In this document: positions 26,454 to 35,032 of the stretch, one piece after another
How positions within the stretch are numbered: position 1 is the stretch's first letter
Layout of the letters: each line of letters starts with the position of its first letter
NCBI GenBank assembly: GCA_046348185.1
Contig: JAXMER010000015.1
Location: 13,834-77,833, forward strand
Length of the DNA stretch: 64,000 bases
Source of the DNA: Rhodoferax sp.
Lineage (GTDB): Bacteria > Pseudomonadota > Gammaproteobacteria > Burkholderiales > Burkholderiaceae_C
Direction of reading: 5' to 3'
Translations under genes and position numbers: made by a program
The notes under the pieces: generated by a model
The model's input: the letters and a program-made list of their open reading frames with translations, nothing else
Database searches by the model: none
What the model was told of the DNA's origin: nothing

Positions 26454-28019
26454 ATGACCATGCACCACGCCCCGAATTTTGTGCGTTGGCTAACGCCCTT
26501 CGCTGCCAGCGCTTTGTTTGCCACAGTCAGCGGTTGCGCCACCTCTGCCGGAACCGTATCGCAAGCGAGCACCACACAGAAGCTCGACCGTATCCGCCAC
26601 GTGGTGGTGATCTACGCCGAGAACCATAGCTTTGACAACATGTACGGCTTGTTTCCTGGCGCCAACGGCATCAAGAACGCGACGCCGGAGCAATATACCC
26701 AGCTCGATCACGATGGCACACCGCTCAAAGAACTGATCACGTTTGGCTCCAATGGCAAGCCCGACGATCGGTTCCCACGCATGCCCAATGCGCCCTTTCG
26801 CATCGATGCGCCTCCTGTGAACCGTCCTCCGACCACCGTGGTGCCAAGCCCAATTCACAACTTTTACCATAACCAGGAGCAGATCAACGGGGGCAAGAAC
26901 AACATGTTCGCCGCCGTCTCCAACGTGGGTGGCTGGGTCATGGGGCATTACGACGGCAGCCAGTTCAAGATGTGGCAATGGGCCAAGGAATACACCCTGG
27001 CTGACAACTTTTTCATGGGGGCATTTGGTGGCTCCTACCTGAATCACCAGTACCTGATCTGTGCCTGCGCGCCGCGCCACGAATCTGCACCAGCCACGAT
27101 GCGCAACCAACTTGACCCCCATGGCAAGCTGGTGAAGCTGCCCGATTCACCGTCGGCCAACGTTGGGGCGGTCAAGGTGGTGAGTAGTGGGCTGGGTGGT
27201 CAAGTCACGCCCGATGGCTACTCGGTCAATACCGCACAACCGCCCTACCAGCCCAGCGGCATTCCCCCCGCGCCTGACGACGCTAGCCGCACGGGCGCCA
27301 ACCCACGCAGTGTCAAGGTGTGGGGCTATGACACCGGTGAGCCCGTGCCGCCGCAGACCAACACCACCATTGGCGACACCCTATCGGCCAAGGGCGTGAG
27401 CTGGACCTGGTACGCGCAGGGTTACAACCAGGCCGTGGTCGATGGCAGGCAGGCGCCCGACGCCAAGCGCAAGGTGATCTACCACCGCGGCGATGGTTCG
27501 CCCAATTTCCAGGCCCACCATCAGCCTTTCAACTATTTCAGTCGCTACGCGCCAGGCACGGCGGCGCGCGCCGAGCATCTGCGTGATGGCACCGAGTTCC
27601 TGCGCGACATCGAGAAGGGAACATTGCCTTCGGTGAGCTTCTACAAGCCATCCGGCGTGGACAACCAGCATCCGGCCTACACCGACATCATGACGGGCGA
27701 TGCCCATATTGCCAGCCTGCTGGAAAAGCTCAAGGCAAGTCCCCAGTGGAAAGACATGCTCGTGATCGTGACCTATGATGAAAACGGCGGCTACTGGGAT
27801 CACGTGTCCCCGCCTACAGGTCCGGGCTGGGGTGATCGGTTTGGTCCGGGGAGCCGCATTCCCACCATTCTGGTGGGGCCGCACGTGAAAAAGGGCGCCA
27901 TCGACTCCACGCCCATGGACACGACCTCCATCATCAAGTTCATCACGCGCCGCTTTGGCCTGCAGCCGCTGCCTGGCGTGCGTGAAAAGATGGGGGATCT
28001 GACCTCGGCGCTGAACTGA
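26454..28019 (+). CDS. Acid phosphatase / phospholipase C family phosphoesterase (AcpA-like) lipoprotein
   Basis: Lipobox FATVSGC. IRHVVVIYAENHSFDNMYGLFPGANG and YDENGGYWDHV are typical of the phosphoesterase family. ATG 26454 chosen. Confidence 0.85.
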   Translation: MTMHHAPNFVRWLTPFAASALFATVSGCATSAGTVSQASTTQKLDRIRHVVVIYAENHSFDNMYGLFPGANGIKNATPEQYTQLDHDGTPLKELITFGSNGKPDDRFPRMPNAPFRIDAPPVNRPPTTVVPSPIHNFYHNQEQINGGKNNMFAAVSNVGGWVMGHYDGSQFKMWQWAKEYTLADNFFMGAFGGSYLNHQYLICACAPRHESAPATMRNQLDPHGKLVKLPDSPSANVGAVKVVSSGLGGQVTPDGYSVNTAQPPYQPSGIPPAPDDASRTGANPRSVKVWGYDTGEPVPPQTNTTIGDTLSAKGVSWTWYAQGYNQAVVDGRQAPDAKRKVIYHRGDGSPNFQAHHQPFNYFSRYAPGTAARAEHLRDGTEFLRDIEKGTLPSVSFYKPSGVDNQHPAYTDIMTGDAHIASLLEKLKASPQWKDMLVIVTYDENGGYWDHVSPPTGPGWGDRFGPGSRIPTILVGPHVKKGAIDSTPMDTTSIIKFITRRFGLQPLPGVREKMGDLTSALN

Positions 28020-28040
28020 CCGGCACCGTACACTGCAGCC

Positions 28041-28385
28041 ATGCCATCCGCCTCTTCACCCCAACCCCAGCCACCCGGGCACTGGCCCGAAGTCGGCCAT
28101 GGCGTATGGACGCGTTGGTGGGGCTATCTGGTGCGCTGGCTGGCGTTTGGGCTGGTGGTGCACCTGTTCCAGCCAGTGGCCGAGGACGGCGGCGTGCGCT
28201 GGCTGGAAAAGATCCAGCAAGCCCTGATGGGGCTGGGCTTTGGCTTCGTCTGCGCAGTGGTGTTCACCGTGGCTGACAACAAGTTCAATGTTGCAAGGCA
28301 ATCATGGAAGACCTGGACGCTGATCGTGCTGACCTGGCTGTTGGTGAAGGTGGTGTTCGTCAGCGCGTTAGCGCTATGGGCGTGA
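28041..28385 (+). CDS. Small hypothetical membrane protein
   Basis: Three hydrophobic helices. No family recognised. Confidence 0.5.
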   Translation: MPSASSPQPQPPGHWPEVGHGVWTRWWGYLVRWLAFGLVVHLFQPVAEDGGVRWLEKIQQALMGLGFGFVCAVVFTVADNKFNVARQSWKTWTLIVLTWLLVKVVFVSALALWA

Positions 28386-28403
28386 GGGGATCAACCCCGT
28401 CCG

Positions 28404-28937
28404 TCAGGGCCGCCGGAATGCCACCGCCTGGCGCGACCAATAGCCCGCGGTCAGCGTATCCAGTCGCACATCGCCGCCTGTGGAGGGGGCATGCACAAAG
28501 CGCCCATCGCCCACGTAGATGCCGGCATGCGAAGTAACGCCGCCCAGCGTGAACACCACCAGATCGCCACTGCGTAAGGTGTCGCCGTCCACGGCCTGGC
28601 CCCAATCCGAGAGCTGTGCCACGGTGCGCGGCGCCAGCACACCAGCGCTGTTGCGGTAGACGTATCCGATCAGACCACTGCAATCAAACCCGGTGTCGGG
28701 CGTATTGCCGCCGCGCCGGTAGCGCGTGCCCACCAGGCTGATGGCGTGCAGCGTGACGTCGCGCGCCTGCTCGTCCGAGACGCGGCTGGCCATAGGGGTG
28801 GATGCATGTAGGGGTGCTTCGCTTCGCTTGGGCGCGCTGGAGCAGCCCGCCAGCAGCGCGACCGCCACCAGCGCCCAAGCCAGTGCGATGCGCGGGTGGC
28901 TGCGTGGGGGCAAAACGGATTCAGCGATGAAGGCCAT
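28404..28937 (-). CDS. NlpC/P60 (C40) family peptidoglycan peptidase lipoprotein
   Basis: Lipobox LLAGCSS. RYRRGGNTPDTGFDCSGLIGYVY and SHAGIYVGDGRFVHAPSTG. ATG 28937 chosen. Confidence 0.9.
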   Translation of the reverse strand: MAFIAESVLPPRSHPRIALAWALVAVALLAGCSSAPKRSEAPLHASTPMASRVSDEQARDVTLHAISLVGTRYRRGGNTPDTGFDCSGLIGYVYRNSAGVLAPRTVAQLSDWGQAVDGDTLRSGDLVVFTLGGVTSHAGIYVGDGRFVHAPSTGGDVRLDTLTAGYWSRQAVAFRRP

Positions 28938-29068
28938 GCCCGCATTGTGCCCGCCAGCGCCAAGGCCCCGCAACAAAACTTTACGGCGCAGTGTCGGCGT
29001 CCCGCTTGAACTTTGCGGCTGGGATCGCATCTACCTGCCGTGTTCACCTTTCCGACAAAGGACGGTTT

Positions 29069-29971
29069 ATGACATTGACACAGGGTTTGCAGCGCACACT
29101 GCGCGGCGTGGTTCTAGCGGCCTGCCTGGCCGGGGCGGGCGCTGCCATGGCGCAGCCCGAGCCGACCATGGCGCAAATCTATGCCACGGCCCAGGCCGGG
29201 CAACTGGAACAGGCGCAGGTGATGGTGCAGCAGGTGCTGGTGGCGCATCCCAACAGCGCCAAGGCCTTCTTTGTGCAGGCGGAGCTGTACGCCCGACAGG
29301 GCAATCTGGAGCGTGCCCGTGCCGCGTTGGCGCAAGCCGAGCGCATTGCGCCGGGGTTGCCGTTTGCCAAGGTCGAGGCGGTGCAAGCCTTGCGCAGCCA
29401 GCTGGCGGCTCATGCCGCTGCGGTGGCGCGTAGTCAGGCCGCAGCGCCGAACTATGCGCCAGCTGCCGCTGAGCACGGTAGCAGCATGGCGTCGTGGGGG
29501 CTGCCGGTTTTGTTGCTCGGTGGCGTGCTGGTGGTGGGCTATCTGGTATTTCGACGCAATCCCCCCGTGCAGCCGGTGGCTGCAGGCGGCGGCTATGGCG
29601 GCAGTGTGGGCGGTGGCCTGTCTGGCCCGCAGCAGTTTGGACAGCCTGCGCCTGCGGGTTACGGTCCGGCTGGATATGGACCCGGTGGCGTACCCGTGCA
29701 AGACAGCTTGGGCAGCCGCATCATGGGTGGCGTGGCGACCGGCCTGGCCGTGGGTGCAGGCGTGATGGCTGCGGAGGCGATTGGGCGCAAGTTCATGGGA
29801 TCGGGCGAACACGACCGCTCCAGCATAGGCTCGTCAGGCAGCTATGCCGACAACAGCTACCAACCCATCATCGACAGCAATGTCGACATGGGCGGTCAGA
29901 ACTTCGGCATTGCGGACGCGTCTTGGGACGACGGGGGCTCGGCTGGCGGCGGCTCCGACTGGGACAACTGA
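29069..29971 (+). CDS. TPR-containing membrane protein with Gly-rich C-terminal region
   Basis: Signal peptide, then a TPR-like segment (AKAFFVQAELYARQGNLERARAALAQAERIAP), a TM helix (GLPVLLLGGVLVVGYLVF) and a Gly/Tyr-rich tail. Confidence 0.7.
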   Translation: MTLTQGLQRTLRGVVLAACLAGAGAAMAQPEPTMAQIYATAQAGQLEQAQVMVQQVLVAHPNSAKAFFVQAELYARQGNLERARAALAQAERIAPGLPFAKVEAVQALRSQLAAHAAAVARSQAAAPNYAPAAAEHGSSMASWGLPVLLLGGVLVVGYLVFRRNPPVQPVAAGGGYGGSVGGGLSGPQQFGQPAPAGYGPAGYGPGGVPVQDSLGSRIMGGVATGLAVGAGVMAAEAIGRKFMGSGEHDRSSIGSSGSYADNSYQPIIDSNVDMGGQNFGIADASWDDGGSAGGGSDWDN

Positions 29972-31206
29972 TCAGCCATCGCGGCAAGCCGCGCCGCGCG
30001 GATTCGCTTGCCAATGTCTGGGCCACTAGCCCCCGTGGATTGGGCTAGTGCAGCTATCGAATCAGTAGCAACCCGTAGCGTGGTGTGCAAGGCTTGCAGT
30101 AGCCGCGGGCGTTGCGGGTACGGTGCGTCTTGCTGGCCCAGGCGGCCGCGCGCATCGCACTCGCAAGCCAGCAACACCTCGGCAAAGCGATCCGGCTTGC
30201 GGATGGCGTCGCAGCGCTCCAGCAAACGCAGCACGGCATCCGCCCCAAATTCCAGGCTGCGGTGAATGTTGCCGTGTTCGCGTGCCACCACCTCGGCTAG
30301 CTCACGGCAGTCGTTAGGGATGCGCAGGGGAATCTTTTTCAGCGAGCGCACGCTGCGTTCCTCGTGTCCGATATGGCGTGGCAGCACATCAACGGGGGTC
30401 GTGCCCTTGCCCAGGTCGTGGGTCAGGCAGGCAAACCGTACCGGCAGGCTGGCTCCCAGCCGTGCGGCCATGTCCAGCACCAGCATCACATGCACGCCGG
30501 TGTCAATCTCGGGGTGGTAGTCCGGGCGCTGGGGTACGCCCCACAGGCGGTCCAGGTCGGGCAACAGATGCGCCAGAGCGCCGCAGTCGCGCAGGACGGC
30601 GAACATGCGCGATGGTTGCTTCTCCATCAGGCCGCGCGCGAGTTCCTGCCAGACGCGCTCGGGCACCAGGTGGTCGGTCTCGCCAGCGTCCACCATGGCG
30701 CGCATCAAGGCCAGGGTTTCGGGGGCCACGGTAAAGTCGGCAAAGCGCGCAGCAAAACGGGCCAGGCGCAGGATGCGCACCGGGTCTTCCCGAAAGGCGG
30801 GGGTGACGTGGCGTAGCACTTTGGCCGCGATGTCGCGCTGTCCTCCATAGGGGTCTACCACGTCTTTTTGGGAAAACTGCCCGGTAGCCCCCGTTAAGTC
30901 TGCATGTATTGCTATTGAATTGATAGTAAGATCGCGTCGGGCCAGATCCGCTTCCAGGGTAACGTCGGGTGCGGCGTGCACGGCAAAACCGCGGTAGCCA
31001 CCCGCTGTGTTGCGCTCGGTGCGTGCCAGAGCGTATTCCTCGTGCGTTTGTGGGTGCAGGAAGACGGGAAAGTCGCGCCCCACCGGGGTGAAACCCTGCG
31101 CCAGCAGTTGCGCGGGCGTGGCCCCCACGACCACCCAGTCGCGGTCTTGCATGGGCAAGCCCATCAGGGCGTCGCGCACCGCACCACCGACCAGGTACAC
31201 CTCCAT
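29896..31206 (-). CDS. cca: Multifunctional CCA-adding enzyme (tRNA nucleotidyltransferase with HD domain)
   Basis: MEVYLVGGAVRDALMGLPMQDRDWVVVG, RRDLTIN and HDLGK. Hosts type-1 copies F and G. Its 3' end overlaps the convergent TPR gene by 76 nt. Confidence 0.93.
   Translation of the reverse strand: MEVYLVGGAVRDALMGLPMQDRDWVVVGATPAQLLAQGFTPVGRDFPVFLHPQTHEEYALARTERNTAGGYRGFAVHAAPDVTLEADLARRDLTINSIAIHADLTGATGQFSQKDVVDPYGGQRDIAAKVLRHVTPAFREDPVRILRLARFAARFADFTVAPETLALMRAMVDAGETDHLVPERVWQELARGLMEKQPSRMFAVLRDCGALAHLLPDLDRLWGVPQRPDYHPEIDTGVHVMLVLDMAARLGASLPVRFACLTHDLGKGTTPVDVLPRHIGHEERSVRSLKKIPLRIPNDCRELAEVVAREHGNIHRSLEFGADAVLRLLERCDAIRKPDRFAEVLLACECDARGRLGQQDAPYPQRPRLLQALHTTLRVATDSIAALAQSTGASGPDIGKRIRAARLAAMADQLSQSEPPPAEPPSSQDASAMPKF
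30027..30069 (+). repeat. Type-1 43-nt repeat, copy G (inside cca, 3' part)
   Basis: TAGCCCCCG TGGATTGGGCTAGTGCA GCTATCGAATCAGTAGC. Read as ATDSIAALAQSTGA. Confidence 0.85.
30885..30927 (+). repeat. Type-1 43-nt repeat, copy F (inside cca, at the RRDLTIN motif)
   Basis: TAGCCCCCG TTAAGTCTGCATGTATT GCTATTGAATTGATAGT. Read as TINSIAIHADLTGA. Confidence 0.85.
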
Positions 31207-31227
31207 CTCAGTTCACCGAGCGCCGAT

Positions 31228-31911
31228 TCAAGGGGCGCATCGGTACGGTTCTTCAAAGTCGAGGAAGTCTTTTTCGGCCAGGGCTGCGCTGACCCAGGCG
31301 TGGACACCGGGCAGGGCGCCGACGCGGCCCACATAGGCGGCCACGTCGGCAGGCAGGGGCAGGGCGTAGGTCTGCATGCGCATGCAGATGGGGGCGAAGT
31401 AGGCGTCGGCGATGGTGAAGTCGCCAAACAGCATCGGCCCGCCGTGGGATCGCAGCAGTTCGCTCCACATGTTGCACAGGCGCTGCACGTCGGCGCGTAC
31501 GCCGGGTTTGTCGCGCCAGACCAGCGCCCCCACGGTGGGCAGGTGGGCTTCGATGTTCATGGGGCAGGCGCTGCGCAACGCGGTAAAGCCGCTGTGCATT
31601 TCGGCGCAGACGCTGCGTGCGCGGGCGCGCATGGCCTTGTCAGCGGGCCACAGGTGTTTGTCCGCAAACTGTTCGGCCAGGTATTCGGCAATGGCCAGGG
31701 TGTCCCACACCGCCAGGTCACCGTCCACCAGCAGCGGCACCTTGCCGGTGGGCGTGAGGTCTTGCAAGGTGGCCTTGAACTGTGAGCCCACATCGAACGA
31801 GTCAAAGCGCACCATCACCTCCTTGAAGGCAATGTCTGCCTGGCGCATCAGCACCCAAGGCCGCATGGACCAAGACGAGTAGTTCTTGTTGCCGATGTAG
31901 AGGGTGAGCAT
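31228..31911 (-). CDS. Glutathione S-transferase family protein
   Basis: MLTLYIGNKNYSSWSMRPWVLM...VPLLVDGDLAVWDTLAIAEYL. ATG 31911 chosen. Confidence 0.85.
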   Translation of the reverse strand: MLTLYIGNKNYSSWSMRPWVLMRQADIAFKEVMVRFDSFDVGSQFKATLQDLTPTGKVPLLVDGDLAVWDTLAIAEYLAEQFADKHLWPADKAMRARARSVCAEMHSGFTALRSACPMNIEAHLPTVGALVWRDKPGVRADVQRLCNMWSELLRSHGGPMLFGDFTIADAYFAPICMRMQTYALPLPADVAAYVGRVGALPGVHAWVSAALAEKDFLDFEEPYRCAP

Positions 31912-31941
31912 GGTCGGTCCTTGGCAGTGGGGAATGTGCAA

Positions 31942-33945
31942 TCAGGGCAGTTCTTCGTCGGCGTTGCTCAGCGGGGCATTGCGCGGCCCCACCTGGCCCA
32001 GGCGGGCTTTGAGCGACTGGGGCTGGCCGGTGATGAGCGCGGCGTAGCCGGTGGTGTTGGCCAGCACCTTCTTGACGTAGTCGCGGGTTTCGTTGAACGG
32101 GATGTTCTCGGCCCAGATGGCGGCCTCTAGCACAGGGCCGCCGCTCTGGCCGCGCCACAGGCGCGAGCGACCGGGTCCGGCGTTGTAGGCGGCGGCCGTC
32201 AGCGCCATGGAGCCATCAAAGCTGTCCAGTACCAGCTTGAGATAGCCGGTGCCGATGGCGATGTTGGTATCGCGGTCGGTGATCTGGTGCGGCTGGAATC
32301 CCGCCAGGCCAATCTTCTTGGCCGTCCATCTCGCGGTGGCTGGCATCACCTGCATCAAACCCGACGCTCCCACACCCGAGCGCGCATCCATGATGAAGCG
32401 GCTCTCCTGGCGGATCAGGCCATACACATACGCCGGGTCCAGGCCGATCTGGGTACAGCGTGCCACCACGGCAGCCTTGAACGGCAGGGGAAAACGTTGC
32501 TCCATGTCGACAAAGGACTTCGTGCGTTCGCTGGTGTTGATGCAGCGATCCCACACCTCGTTCTGGCACGCCAAATCGGCCGCAGCCAACAGGGCGCGGT
32601 CATCCATGCCCCCTTTGGCGTGCAGATTCGTGGTGTAGTTCCATTCGCGCACGCCCTCTGCGCGCAAACCGATGCGGATGGCATACAGCGCGCGTTGCAA
32701 GCCGGGGTTGGTGGCGGCGGCCTCCTTCTCGGCCGCATTGGGCGCCAAGGGTTTGGGTGGAACGGTTATGCGCTGGCCCAGCTCTTCCAGGGCCAGCTGT
32801 TCGTAGAAGCCGCGTACGCTGGCGATGCTTTCCAGCAGTTGCAGTGCCTGGGTACGCAGCCCCTCGCTGCTGGGCTGCAGCAACAGGGCGCGTGCGCGCC
32901 AGTAGACCCAGGCGGGGTCGTTGCGCTGCGAATCGCCCATGGCGCCAATTGCGCTGAGTACCTGCGACCAACGCCCCGCGCGCAGGGCCGCGCGGGCCTG
33001 CCAAGCCAGGTGCTCTTCGGGCAGGTAGGTGTTCTGCGCCCGGGCAAAGTAGTCCGGTGCCTCGGGCAGCAGCTTCTGGGCGGCCCGTTTGCCGATCACG
33101 CCCCATACCCAGCTGCGTTCCTCCTGCGTGAGCTGGGTCTTCCAGCGCAGCTTGTCCAGTTCTTTCGCGGCACCAGCGGGGTCGAGGTAGGCCTGGCGGA
33201 TCAGCGCCAGCACCACCAGCTCGCGTGTCTTGGACTGCAAGGCGGTGAGCTTGTCGCCCAGGAACTGGGTGGGATGCAGGTAGACCGCGTTGACCGCTTT
33301 CACCGAGGCCGGGCTGACAATGCCCACTGCCTGCGTGACCACTTTGAGCCGGTCGTTCTCCATACCCATGCGGGCACGCTGCCACACCATCAGGCTGGAC
33401 GTGGTGTGGTCTCTCACCAGTTGCTCGGCAGCGGCGGCACAGCCTTCGTCGGCTTCCTTGACGGGAAGCCAGGTGTCCTTGACCTGGGCGGTGTTGTCCT
33501 GGCCACTGGCCAAATGTTCCGCCAGCAAGGCGTAGCAGCGAACGGAGCGGTCGTCGCCCATGCGGTAGCGGGGGTATTCGCGGTTGAAGGCGCTCCAGTC
33601 GCGGTTGCGGCCCAGCTGCAGCAGCCATTCGGCACGCAGGCGGTCTTCCTGGTAAGTGCCGCTGTATCGGCTCAAGAAGTCCTGGATGTCGGTCGCGCTG
33701 GCTTCGTCCAGCCGGGCGGACAAGGCCCAGTACGCTGCCCAGGGTTCGAGCATATGGCCGCGTGCCTGCGGGAGCAGGGCTGCAAGTTGGCGGCGGTCGC
33801 GCTGCTTGTAGGCCTGGGCCATGTCCAGAAAAACCGCGTCGGCGCGGGCAAGATCGGAGGCGCTAGGGCGGGCCGCCTGGGCCAGGGGCGCGGTGCTGGT
33901 CAACCAAACGCCAGCAAGCAATGTCAGAATCGCAGAAAAACGCAT
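31942..33945 (-). CDS. slt: Soluble lytic murein transglycosylase (Slt70-like)
   Basis: Signal peptide, long superhelical N-terminal region, catalytic region IRQESRFIMDARSGVGASGLMQVMPATA...AAYNAGPGR. ATG 33945 chosen. Confidence 0.9.
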   Translation of the reverse strand: MRFSAILTLLAGVWLTSTAPLAQAARPSASDLARADAVFLDMAQAYKQRDRRQLAALLPQARGHMLEPWAAYWALSARLDEASATDIQDFLSRYSGTYQEDRLRAEWLLQLGRNRDWSAFNREYPRYRMGDDRSVRCYALLAEHLASGQDNTAQVKDTWLPVKEADEGCAAAAEQLVRDHTTSSLMVWQRARMGMENDRLKVVTQAVGIVSPASVKAVNAVYLHPTQFLGDKLTALQSKTRELVVLALIRQAYLDPAGAAKELDKLRWKTQLTQEERSWVWGVIGKRAAQKLLPEAPDYFARAQNTYLPEEHLAWQARAALRAGRWSQVLSAIGAMGDSQRNDPAWVYWRARALLLQPSSEGLRTQALQLLESIASVRGFYEQLALEELGQRITVPPKPLAPNAAEKEAAATNPGLQRALYAIRIGLRAEGVREWNYTTNLHAKGGMDDRALLAAADLACQNEVWDRCINTSERTKSFVDMEQRFPLPFKAAVVARCTQIGLDPAYVYGLIRQESRFIMDARSGVGASGLMQVMPATARWTAKKIGLAGFQPHQITDRDTNIAIGTGYLKLVLDSFDGSMALTAAAYNAGPGRSRLWRGQSGGPVLEAAIWAENIPFNETRDYVKKVLANTTGYAALITGQPQSLKARLGQVGPRNAPLSNADEELP

Positions 33946-33954
33946 GTGGAGATT

Positions 33955-34557
33955 ATGGACACATCCGACCCTTCCAAAGCCGCTGCCAAGAAGGCACTGC
34001 GCAAAAAGCTGCTGGAGCAGCGTTTGCACCTACCCGACCGCCTGGCTCAGGCCGACGCCTTGCAACAGGTCATGCGCATCTGGCTGGTCGGTCGCCCCGA
34101 CACGGTCATTGGTGCCTACTGGCCTATCAAGGGCGAATTCGATCCCCTGCCGGCCCTGCACCGCTGGAAGGAGGATGGCGAGCTGCTGGACCAGCCCCAG
34201 CTGCGGCGCATCGGCTTGCCGGTGGTAGACAAGGCTCACAAGACGATGACTTTCCATGCCTGGTACCCCGGCTGCCCCATGGAGGATGACGCCTACGGTA
34301 TTCCCAAGCCCAAGGACACCGAACTGCTGCACCCCACGCTGCTGTTTGCGCCCTGCGTGGGCTATGGCCCCGGCGGCTACCGGCTGGGCTATGGCGGGGG
34401 CTTTTACGACCGCATGCTGGCGGCACTCAACCCGAAGCCGTTTGTCGTCGGGCTGGGGTTCGGATCGGGTTTTGTCGATGACCTGGAGCCCGAGCCGCAT
34501 GACCAGCCGCTGGATGCCATTCTCAACAATCACGGCGTGGTCTGGCCTATCGGTTGA
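33955..34557 (+). CDS. 5-formyltetrahydrofolate cyclo-ligase
   Basis: This is the C-terminal 200 aa of the 756-aa track ORF: KKALRKKLLEQR...GYGPGGYRLGYGGGFYDRMLA. The rest of that ORF is antisense to slt. Confidence 0.85.
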   Translation: MDTSDPSKAAAKKALRKKLLEQRLHLPDRLAQADALQQVMRIWLVGRPDTVIGAYWPIKGEFDPLPALHRWKEDGELLDQPQLRRIGLPVVDKAHKTMTFHAWYPGCPMEDDAYGIPKPKDTELLHPTLLFAPCVGYGPGGYRLGYGGGFYDRMLAALNPKPFVVGLGFGSGFVDDLEPEPHDQPLDAILNNHGVVWPIG

Positions 34558-34564
34558 GCGCGCC

Positions 34565-35032
34565 ATGACACCCACCGAATTCGCACAGTTCAAGTACCAG
34601 CACACGGATGCGGCCGTGCGCAGTGTGGCGCGGCTGTGGTTCGTGGGCATCAGCTTGGCGTTGGGCTTGATCCTGCTGTCCATGCGCAGCGTGCCCTTGC
34701 CACTGGCATTGTTTGCCATGGCGGTTCCGGCCGTGGCCTGGTTTTCCGCCAGCCGCCATCTGCTGCTGGGGCCACGCTACCTGCTGTGCGGCCGGACCAT
34801 CGTCTACTACGCCAACGTCAAGCGCCTGACCCTGTCGCGCGCTACCGGCACCCTGCGCGTGCAGTCCAACAGCGGGCAGGACTTTGTGCTGGAGCGCGAC
34901 AAGTTTCCGACCGGTGCGCGCAAGGCCGACAAAATCAAGAAAAACAAGGCCGCCAAGTTCGACAAGGTGGCCGACAAGATCATCGACAAGGTACGCAAGG
35001 CCACCACCAGCGCAGACCTGATCGGCGTGTGA
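34565..35032 (+). CDS. Small membrane protein: two TM helices plus a basic, bPH-like C-terminal domain
   Basis: ATG 34565 inside ORF 34256..35032. TM helices LWFVGISLALGLILL and LALFAMAVPAVAWF. Its stop overlaps the radical SAM start (TGATG). Confidence 0.6.
   Translation: MTPTEFAQFKYQHTDAAVRSVARLWFVGISLALGLILLSMRSVPLPLALFAMAVPAVAWFSASRHLLLGPRYLLCGRTIVYYANVKRLTLSRATGTLRVQSNSGQDFVLERDKFPTGARKADKIKKNKAAKFDKVADKIIDKVRKATTSADLIGV

Noticed and set aside
32287-33954. N-terminal ~555 aa of the 756-aa plus-strand ORF
   Set aside because: Antisense to the slt gene, with no recognisable motifs. Only the last 200 aa (from ATG 33955) match 5-formyltetrahydrofolate cyclo-ligase.
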